A DNA stretch of 14,871 bases from Promethearchaeota archaeon (lineage in GTDB: Archaea; Asgardarchaeota; Lokiarchaeia; Sigyniarchaeales; SOKP01): the NCBI GenBank assembly GCA_030599585.1, contig JAUVNS010000035.1:1-14871 (forward strand), written 5' to 3'. Both the position numbers and the translations under genes were made by a program. Within the stretch, counting starts at the first letter, position 1. Each line of letters starts with the position of its first letter. A model generated the notes under the pieces. It was not told where the DNA came from. It did not search any database and saw only the letters and a program-made list of their open reading frames with translations. This document shows, in pieces, positions 7,790-14,871 of this stretch.

Positions 7790-9577
7790 TTAATCGTTTA
7801 AGATACGACTAAAATAATCTCTTAGACTCTTCAGTTGAATATTTCGCTCCTCATTTGAGTATCCTATCATTCTTAAATTCTCGTTTTTCACGATTATGTC
7901 CTTTAACATTTCAAATAAAACAGGTAATTTACTTATTTCATTTAAATCACTATAATTTATTTCATAATCCGAAAGAAACTCATGTTCAACTAATTGAAAA
8001 TATTCAGAAATCTCTCTCTTTAACCTTTTAAATTTAGCAAAGAATTTCGGATCTTGTTCAACAAGAATTTTTCTCTCTAAGGGATTGTTAATTATATTTT
8101 GGTCGAAAATTTTTTCCTTATTAAGCTGCTCTTCTTCATTCATTGCATTATTCTCCTTAAGCCATAAATCATTATAACGGTTTTGAGCCATAAGAAATGC
8201 TTGGGTTTTTTTTTTCATTTCTAAATCTTCAATCTTAATGAAATCGTCTGTGGATTCATAATTAAGCCAATTTTGCTTTATATCCTTAAGTGAAGAAATA
8301 ATTGCCGAGCGAATCTCTTCCTTTGTTATTAGATTACCATCATTATAAGTTATTATTATTGTATGCAATGGCCAACCTTCTGGGCGACTATATGTCCTTG
8401 CTGTTTTAATCTCAATATTAGAATTAATTTTAGACATTATCAATTTAAAGTCGTCTTCGTCCCACATAAAAAAGGCGTTTTCTAATTTGGGAAGAATTAC
8501 GACTTCATGAATTAATATTTCACCTTTTTTTTGAATTAATTTAAAACTTCCATATAAAAGATCGACACGTTGATTTAAATTCAATTCGTGAAACACATTT
8601 ACAAAGAATACAATATCCGCTTTTTCTACAGCTTCAATATTATCTGAAGGGGGATTATATTTTAATTTGTTAATGGATTTACAGCGACTTTCAATTTCAG
8701 GCCATTTTCCCTTATCTATTTCAATAGGTATATAATTGAATTTTGATACAATCCCACTATTATTAATAGCTTTAACCAAGTCCCCATATCCGGCTCCGAC
8801 ATCGATTATTTTAATTTCTTCTTTTGCGGAAGAATATCTTCCTAAAATAAAAGTTGCTAATTGTTCGATTTGAGGATCACCATCTCTTCGTTTAATTGCA
8901 TCAGGAGCATTAAAACACTCAAGTAAATAAGCCATAACATCATCTGATTTTTTTTTGTCTTCAAACTCTTTTCTATATGTGGTAGATTGCTTTTTAAAGC
9001 TATTTAAAGTTTTATGAAATTTCAAAGAAGATTGATTACTAATTATTCTTTTAATATAAATTGAAAAAATAAACTGATTCATTTTAGTTTGATGATGAAA
9101 ATTATTCTTCTTTATACTATCAAAACCTGAAATAGAAAGATTTATTCCTGAATAATTAATATTTATTAAGGCATTTTCTGTTTTTAATCCCTCCCATTTT
9201 ATCTTTCTAGTAATATTTGGGTTAACTTTTAAAACATAATTATCAATATTTTTAAGATATGTGATTTCCATCACTTGTTTTTTAGAAAATTCTTTTGTTG
9301 GCTCTAAATATAACGAGTAACCATTTTTCAAAGATTCAATATATAGTTTAGGGTCATAATCGGTGTTTTTAAATTTAAAATATTTAAAATCTTCGATATG
9401 ATTTAATAAATCATTGATTATATGAAGAGATTTATGCTCATTTATATTAACCTTAGAAAGTTTTACTGGTCTTTTTAGGTTTCTAACGAAAAGCCTAATT
9501 TGCCCTTTAATTTCTAATTCATTCTCAGAATTTATGCTAAAATTTTCACTTATCATTAATTCCTCAAGCACTAACAT
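7790..9577 (-). CDS. Class I SAM-dependent methyltransferase domain protein with large uncharacterised N- and C-terminal extensions
   Basis: Motif I IIDVGAGYGDL, acidic motif II YIPIEID, motif IV ADIVFFVNVFHEL, and KKGEILIHE. The start may instead be ATG 9556, which is preceded by GAGG. Confidence 0.88.
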   Translation of the reverse strand: MLVLEELMISENFSINSENELEIKGQIRLFVRNLKRPVKLSKVNINEHKSLHIINDLLNHIEDFKYFKFKNTDYDPKLYIESLKNGYSLYLEPTKEFSKKQVMEITYLKNIDNYVLKVNPNITRKIKWEGLKTENALININYSGINLSISGFDSIKKNNFHHQTKMNQFIFSIYIKRIISNQSSLKFHKTLNSFKKQSTTYRKEFEDKKKSDDVMAYLLECFNAPDAIKRRDGDPQIEQLATFILGRYSSAKEEIKIIDVGAGYGDLVKAINNSGIVSKFNYIPIEIDKGKWPEIESRCKSINKLKYNPPSDNIEAVEKADIVFFVNVFHELNLNQRVDLLYGSFKLIQKKGEILIHEVVILPKLENAFFMWDEDDFKLIMSKINSNIEIKTARTYSRPEGWPLHTIIITYNDGNLITKEEIRSAIISSLKDIKQNWLNYESTDDFIKIEDLEMKKKTQAFLMAQNRYNDLWLKENNAMNEEEQLNKEKIFDQNIINNPLERKILVEQDPKFFAKFKRLKREISEYFQLVEHEFLSDYEINYSDLNEISKLPVLFEMLKDIIVKNENLRMIGYSNEERNIQLKSLRDYFSRILND

Positions 9578-9615
9578 GAGAAGATTTCATCTATCCTGTT
9601 ATTAATTAGAAATAA

Positions 9616-10740
9616 TTAAGTCTTATTTGAACTTGATCCTCCTCCTCGTTTTGTTGTTTTTCTTCCTCTACCTTTGTTTACACTTGAAGTTAGCTTATTT
9701 TTATATTCTGTGACACCATTTACCATATTTTCTAATTTTTTCTTCACATCTTTACGTAATAACCCTCGTAATCCAATATTAGGTGTAAATATTATTTTTT
9801 TTTTATTCTGGATTAGAAATGGGTTATTTGAAACAAACTTGTCTATAGTTTGTGCAATTATTTGTGGGTCTTCATTTTTTAAATCCGGTTCAAAAGCATT
9901 TATTATACCAATACTATAGTTCTTATAGAAATGATATGAATTAATATAATTAATTTGCTTACTTTTAGCAGAATAATCTCTCAAGCCAGAGATCATAAAT
10001 GCGCATATGTCAATACTATCTCCTAGAATGTTAAGGTCAGCAACATCTTTATTTAATATTGCAGGGGTATAATAAATCCAATTAAATTTTTTTTCGGGAT
10101 ACTCATCATTTATATTATCTATTATTTCTTTAATTAACTTCAAGTCTGTTTTTATCTGAATATTTTTGTAGGCTTCAAAATCATCCAGAACGGGATGATC
10201 TATTTGAATATATCTCCATTCTAAGACTTTTTCTACTGTTTTAGAATATTCAATCAATGATTTTATTGCTGGTATTATTATATGATCCTTAAGAAGAGTC
10301 AAGAATTCCTCATATTCATCCTCCCAATTTAATGGAATAGAGAACCTACTATATAAAGACAATGGTGAGGGAATTACAAATTTTAATTTAGGTTTTGTAG
10401 GATAATTTTTCTTTTCTAAATATTTTTCAGCAAATTCCCATCCTCGTTTAAAACTTCTAACAAAATTAAATTCTTCTGGTTCTACAAATTTTACAATATT
10501 TTCAGTTTCTTTTGGAATCACAATTCGACTATGAAAATTAGGGCATATAATCTCATAAAAATTTAAATATACTTCACTGTTATTATTTGATAAAAATGGT
10601 AAATAATCATCTTGTCGATTCATTAAATAAACTTGTCCGTCAGTTATAATATCTAATTTTAGATCTAATTGAAATTTTATAGCATCTTCAGGCGATCTAA
10701 ATGGAAATGATCCTATAGTAGAAGTTAAAATCTCAATCAT
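9616..10740 (-). CDS. Divergent cobalamin-independent methionine synthase (MetE catalytic-barrel)-fold protein lacking the zinc ligands
   Basis: Landmarks in MetE order: TSTIGSFP, AIKFQLDLKLDIITDGQ, IPSPLSL, YIQIDHP, PQIIAQTI, FTPNIGLRGLLRKDVKKKLENMV. ATGA overlap with the upstream gene. Confidence 0.8.
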   Translation of the reverse strand: MIEILTSTIGSFPFRSPEDAIKFQLDLKLDIITDGQVYLMNRQDDYLPFLSNNNSEVYLNFYEIICPNFHSRIVIPKETENIVKFVEPEEFNFVRSFKRGWEFAEKYLEKKNYPTKPKLKFVIPSPLSLYSRFSIPLNWEDEYEEFLTLLKDHIIIPAIKSLIEYSKTVEKVLEWRYIQIDHPVLDDFEAYKNIQIKTDLKLIKEIIDNINDEYPEKKFNWIYYTPAILNKDVADLNILGDSIDICAFMISGLRDYSAKSKQINYINSYHFYKNYSIGIINAFEPDLKNEDPQIIAQTIDKFVSNNPFLIQNKKKIIFTPNIGLRGLLRKDVKKKLENMVNGVTEYKNKLTSSVNKGRGRKTTKRGGGSSSNKT

Positions 10741-11678
10741 GGATTTTTACCTGAAATAATATCTGTTTTTTGATCTAAAACATCAATAAATGACTCAAAA
10801 TCTAATATTCCAGTATTTTGTAAATTATCATACTCGAGCCAAAATGGTAGAAATTGGAGGATTTTCGATTTTTCCTCATTTGGATAATCCCTATCTCCAT
10901 TTGTACGTTTTTCATTATTTTTATCAATGTTAAAAAAATTTATCCAATATAGAAAATTTAATAAGTCAATTATTTTTATTGGAATATCTACATCCCATAT
11001 TACTTTTCTCATATCGTCCTCTATTATTGGGACAATATATAATGTATAAATTTCATCCTTTTGCCAGTATCGATTATATCTTATGTGTTCTTTTATAATG
11101 TGTGCTAGATTATCCTCAAAACTCTTAGCAGCCTGATAAGTGCTTATATGTAATAAATATCTTGAACCTGAGCGCAAGAGAATATCTTGATTACTATTTC
11201 GAACTTGATAACCTATCAATGAGCAATAAGCACATGAAAATTTTAGGAATAATTTTAGAATTTTAGTTGAATAATTCCCATATTTTTTTTGTTTTGTTCT
11301 TGAATAATAGATCTTCTTGACTATATCTTCAATTTCTAAAATTTGATTGTTTAAATTTATTTTTGGGGGAATTTTATACCATTCAAAATACTTGTCATAA
11401 AAATCTGATTGTTCGGCTACTTGCTCGAAGATTCCTTCATTAAGTATATAGTAGGTTTTTTCAGCTTCTACATCGAATTCAGTATTGACTAAATTATACT
11501 TTTCAAAAGTACGCAATAAGTTAAGAGGCTTGACACCAGTATAATCTTCGATTTTTTCTTCTGTTAATATATCAGGGAAAATTTTTGAATTATATAAAAG
11601 GAGTAAAATTGTTTTTGCGTCATTATTAGAGATTGCTCCGTTTATGGTTGACATTTCTTTTTTTGATAAATTTACCAT
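10737..11678 (-). CDS. N-terminal winged-HTH protein with a C-terminal degenerate PD-(D/E)XK-like domain
   Basis: N-terminal pattern AISNNDAKTILLLLY...LTEEKIEDYTGVK...FEKYNLV...KTYYILNE. C-terminal pattern LIGYQV...DILL...LLHIST...EHI...YTLYIVPII. SD GGGTGA upstream. The ORF is secure; the domain calls are tentative. Confidence 0.6.
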   Translation of the reverse strand: MVNLSKKEMSTINGAISNNDAKTILLLLYNSKIFPDILTEEKIEDYTGVKPLNLLRTFEKYNLVNTEFDVEAEKTYYILNEGIFEQVAEQSDFYDKYFEWYKIPPKINLNNQILEIEDIVKKIYYSRTKQKKYGNYSTKILKLFLKFSCAYCSLIGYQVRNSNQDILLRSGSRYLLHISTYQAAKSFEDNLAHIIKEHIRYNRYWQKDEIYTLYIVPIIEDDMRKVIWDVDIPIKIIDLLNFLYWINFFNIDKNNEKRTNGDRDYPNEEKSKILQFLPFWLEYDNLQNTGILDFESFIDVLDQKTDIISGKNP

Positions 11679-11695
11679 TTTTTTTCACCCTTATT

Positions 11696-12964
11696 TTACG
11701 TACCAGATCCAGGATCATTAATATATTTGATTTGATCTTCTGTCAATTTATCAATTTCAATCCCCATTGAATCTAATTTTAGACGTCCAACTTCATTGTC
11801 AATTTCTTCAGGGACTTTAATCATACTAGGGCTTAGAAAATCTTTATTTTTTACAATATATTCAGACATAAGGCATTGTAGGGAGAATGACATGTCCATG
11901 ACTTCGCTCGGATGTCCTTCAGAAAGAATAAGATTTGCTAATCTACCCTCTGCTAAGAGATAAACTCGTTTTCCACTGGGAAAGACTAATTCTTCAACAT
12001 TACTACGAATTGGATTGATCTTTTTTGCGAATTTATATAATTCTTCAGTAGGAATTTCGACATTAAAATGTCCTAAATTACCTAATATAACTCCATCTTT
12101 GAGAGATTCAAATATTTCTTTCGTAGGTTGAATGACGTCTTTACAACCCGTTGCAGTTAGAATTATATCAGCATTAGGTAATGCTTTAGCAATAGGCACT
12201 ACTTGAAAACCAGCAAATCTTGCTTGAAGCGCTTTTATCGGATCAATCTCAGTTACAATTACAATTGCACCCAAACCTCTTGCCTTTAATGCCATACCAG
12301 AAGAACAATGACCATATCCTGCAATTATAACAGTTTTGCCTGCGAATAAGACATGCATACCATATATCGCAGAAACAATTCCTTGCCCCGTGCCTAATTC
12401 ATTATCAAATTGATTCTTACAGCGTGCATCATTAACAGGGAATAAAGGAACCTTCAAATGCCCCGTTTTTTCCATTGCTTCGAATCTTTTCACCCCTGTT
12501 GTAGTTTCTTCTTGACAACCTATTATTGTTCCATTAGTTATAAGTTCTGGAAATTCTTTATGAGCTGTATAGATCAAGTCAGCACCATCATCAATTAAAA
12601 TATTAGGTTTAAATTTTAGACATTCCCGAATACACCAATAAAATTCATCATTATTACTTCCATACCACGCGAAAACATTAATCCCTTCCTTTACAAGAGC
12701 AGCAGCAACATCATCTTGAGTTGATAATGGATTACTTCCACATAAAATGACTTTTGCTCCTCCAGCTTTTAGGGTTCGTGCAAGTATCCCCGTCTCTTTT
12801 GTTACATGAAGGCAACCTGCAATAATTATACTCTCTAAAGGTTTTTCCTTCTTAAACCTTTCTCGAATGACTTTTCCAGTCACAGGCATTTTATTTTCAG
12901 CGAAATATAGCGCTTCTTTTCCTTTTTTAAACAAATCTTCTTTTGCAATCTTAAACTTTACCAA
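11696..12964 (-). CDS. ahcY: Adenosylhomocysteinase (SAH hydrolase)
   Basis: GCLHVTKET, GSNPLSTQDDVAAAL, DDGADL, EETTTGV, VNDARCKNQFDN, GHFNVEI, EGRLANL, GHPSEVMDMSF. The TTG start is supported by the conserved N-terminal helix before MP. Confidence 0.97.
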   Translation of the reverse strand: MVKFKIAKEDLFKKGKEALYFAENKMPVTGKVIRERFKKEKPLESIIIAGCLHVTKETGILARTLKAGGAKVILCGSNPLSTQDDVAAALVKEGINVFAWYGSNNDEFYWCIRECLKFKPNILIDDGADLIYTAHKEFPELITNGTIIGCQEETTTGVKRFEAMEKTGHLKVPLFPVNDARCKNQFDNELGTGQGIVSAIYGMHVLFAGKTVIIAGYGHCSSGMALKARGLGAIVIVTEIDPIKALQARFAGFQVVPIAKALPNADIILTATGCKDVIQPTKEIFESLKDGVILGNLGHFNVEIPTEELYKFAKKINPIRSNVEELVFPSGKRVYLLAEGRLANLILSEGHPSEVMDMSFSLQCLMSEYIVKNKDFLSPSMIKVPEEIDNEVGRLKLDSMGIEIDKLTEDQIKYINDPGSGT

Positions 12965-13019
12965 AAATTATCCCTTTCATAAAGTATTTATCTTTATAAA
13001 TATAATAAGGACATTTAAG

Positions 13020-13027
13020 TATATAAA
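13020..13027 (-). promoter_or_regulatory. Putative TATA box (TTTATATA) of the ahcY operon
   Basis: Consensus TATA about 55 nt upstream of the ahcY start. Confidence 0.5.
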
Positions 13028-13100
13028 AATAGTGCATTTAACGACAAATTTTTCAAATCATTAAACATTTGGTTGTGACACTTCAGCAGAATGTAGTTAG

Positions 13101-13400
13101 TGGTACATTCAACCGAAGGATACATATTTAAGGTACCTTTTAGATATTTTTGATCAACGGGTTACACTTACCTTTAAAGATCAAATTTATAACGAAATCT
13201 TGTATTACATGACAGACTTAATCGTTGAACATTATGCCCCAATTCCAGGGAAAGGGATAGAACTTCTCAGGAGAATTTATAAGGTGTTATCCTCTCAAGG
13301 AGAATTAATTCATAAAAACATTGTTAAAATATGTCAATCTCAGTTTGATAAGAACTACATGGTGGATGAATTCACAGCGTTTTATACAATAGCTGTTTGA
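13101..13400 (+). pseudogene. Fragment resembling the AAA+ lid region of Cdc6/Orc1-like proteins
   Basis: The frame is open from 13101 (after a TAG): LLDIFDQRVTLTFKDQIYNEILYYMTDLIVEHYAPIPGKGIELLRRIY, which echoes the L.DIL..R...AF......E.L..IAD.......AR.AI.LLR lid pattern. No Walker A/B region is present. Confidence 0.45.
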
Positions 13401-13716
13401 ACAAGCCATTTATAACAACAAATCACTAGATGAATTCATAAAAGCAGCAATTAAGTGGGTTTTTTTTATATGTAAAGCTAAAATTATTTGGTGGATTAAT
13501 GAATTTTCACCTTTTATCCCAAAACATCCTAAAAAAATTATTGATTATATGATTGAGCTATCTCAAAGAGATTATCGGCGACTCTATTATCATTTTGAAC
13601 ATCAAGGAGTAGAACCATGTGTATTAATTCGTTCAGCAACAATGTGTTCGATGCAATTTACAAATATCCTTGATATGTGGAATTACTCGAATGAGCGATT
13701 AAGATCGGAATCCTAA
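13393..13716 (+). pseudogene. 5'-truncated paralog of the tandem-RHH gene 6950-7318
   Basis: Open frame LFEQAIYNNKSLDEFIKAAIKW...MWNYSNERLRSES* is preceded by an in-frame TAG (13390-13392). It lacks the first ~15 codons, including the start and the first beta-strand. Most differences from the left copy are non-synonymous. Confidence 0.85.
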
Positions 13717-13769
13717 TACTCGTAGAAACCTCACCCAGTTAAGAACATTCCATTCGTAAAAATAGAATT
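13394..13769 (+). repeat. Right copy of the 376-bp inverted repeat (partner 6897-7272)
   Basis: Direct ungapped alignment, about 89% identity. Confidence 0.95.
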
Positions 13770-14172
13770 CAATGTTCTTTTAATCTCAGGATTCATGTGA
13801 AAATTTTTCCTCGAGGAATGAGGAGGGTACCACGGCGGGACACCAGAGAGATAAAGAAATAAATCATAATAAAACTTATATGTAATATGACAAGAATTTC
13901 AATCACTCACTCAATATATTTAAAAGAATTTTTTGATAACTGGAGCAAATTTGTCTTTTTTTCAGATATAACTAAAAAAGGAGGCCATCCATATACTTAA
14001 AAATTATTATGAAGTCTCTTCTTTTTAGTAAATATGGGATTAAAATTCGTAAAGTAGCATTAATTAAAATGATTCTAAAGATCGACAGGGGCTTACTATA
14101 TAGGTGGGATAATAACTGAAGGCAGGGGGGGGTTTACAAGATCTTAAGATTCAGAAGGATATAAAACGCTTT

Positions 14173-14364
14173 TTGGATCAAATAGAACAGTTCATATTGA
14201 GAGGAATAGATACAAAAAATAAATTTGCTATTAATGATATAGGCAAAGATGAGGTTTTTAATTGCTTCTTTCACGGACATTATAAGCATTATCCTATTAG
14301 TTTATACGATTTCAAAGATCTTCACGAAATCATATTGAATAATCAGAATTTACTTATTGCGTGA
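14173..14364 (+). CDS. Short hypothetical ORF or gene remnant
   Basis: TTG start. The frame is open back to 14116 across a G8 run (14125-14132). No motif recognised. Confidence 0.3.
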   Translation: MDQIEQFILRGIDTKNKFAINDIGKDEVFNCFFHGHYKHYPISLYDFKDLHEIILNNQNLLIA

Positions 14365-14370
14365 AAAAAT

Positions 14371-14871
14371 ATGAAAGAATTTATATTTTCTTTTAATTAC
14401 TCGGGCTATATTTCTACGGGAGTTGAAAAAATTGATGAAAAAACACTTACTTTGAATGATTTATTTACCATAAATAAAAAACGAGTAATTGATTTTTGTA
14501 AGGAGATGACCAAAAGGAAAATTAATTTAAAATGGAAATGTATGGGCAGAATAGATCAAATTGATGAGGAAATGATTGATAAAATGCAGAAATCTGGTTG
14601 TATCCAAATAAGTTTTGGAATTGAATCCTTAAATCAAAAATCTTTAGACCGAATTAATAAGGAAATAAATATTCATAAAATTAAAAAGGCTATTAAAGCT
14701 TGTCATGATGTTGGTATTTTAGTAACTTTATATTTTATTTTGGGTTTTCCTTGGGAAACAAAAAAGGATTTTAAAGGATTTTTAAATTCATTAAAAGAAT
14801 TAGACGAATGTAATTTAGTATTTGGAATGTTAGTACCCTATCCAGGAACAGAATTTTATGAAAATCAAGAA
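14371..14871 (+). CDS. C-terminal half of a B12-binding-family (class B type) radical SAM protein; N-terminally truncated and running off the window
   Basis: Open for 167 codons from ATG 14371: NDLFTINKKRVIDFC...WKCMGRIDQIDEEMIDKMQKSGCIQISFGIESLNQKSLDRINK...FILGFPWET...VPYPGTEFY. No CxxxCxxC lies upstream in this frame. Confidence 0.85.
   Translation, partial: MKEFIFSFNYSGYISTGVEKIDEKTLTLNDLFTINKKRVIDFCKEMTKRKINLKWKCMGRIDQIDEEMIDKMQKSGCIQISFGIESLNQKSLDRINKEINIHKIKKAIKACHDVGILVTLYFILGFPWETKKDFKGFLNSLKELDECNLVFGMLVPYPGTEFYENQE

Noticed and set aside
9674-9919. 81-aa + strand ORF
   Set aside because: Antisense shadow of the MetE-fold gene.
9616-10740. Assigning the gene symbol metE
   Set aside because: The zinc ligands appear absent, so methionine synthase activity is unsupported.
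12867-13064. 65-aa + strand ORF
   Set aside because: Antisense to the ahcY 5' end and its promoter.
13807-13818. 12-bp palindrome TTCCTCGAGGAA in a short GC-rich patch
   Set aside because: Single short instance with no supporting context; could arise by chance.
14362-14364. In-frame TGA between ORF 14173-14364 and the radical SAM ORF as a possible selenocysteine or readthrough codon
   Set aside because: Readthrough would not restore a CxxxCxxC motif, the TGA aligns to no conserved Cys, and no SECIS is recognisable in the window.
1-14871. CRISPR arrays, tRNA/rRNA genes, transposases and integrases
   Set aside because: I saw no regularly spaced repeats, cloverleaf patterns, or DDE/tyrosine-recombinase motifs.

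Overview
AT-rich window that looks archaeal: TATA-box promoters, GGTGA-type SD sites, an archaeal-type AhcY and a short single-barrel MetE-like fold. Asgard/Lokiarchaeia is my guess by inference only. From left to right: (i) a large secreted S8 subtilase on the minus strand, missed by the ORF track because it runs off the left edge, with an unusual N-terminal domain and a Gly7-Cys-Pro-initiated C-terminal domain; (ii) a small membrane protein and an M50-like peptidase, with two long non-coding fold-back elements and two strong palindromes nearby; (iii) a cluster of HEPN-like/hypothetical genes, one split by a frameshift in an A7 tract; (iv) the main point of interest, a tight four-gene operon encoding AhcY, a wHTH protein with a degenerate nuclease-like domain, a MetE-fold protein lacking the zinc ligands and ending in an RGG/K-rich tail, and a large class I SAM methyltransferase. 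The operon sits between two inverted, gap-free 376-bp copies (about 89% identical by hand count) of a tandem-RHH gene. (v) The right end holds gene debris: a Cdc6/Orc1-lid-like fragment and a radical SAM ORF lacking its CxxxCxxC motif. All family assignments come from reading motifs by eye; no searches were run.
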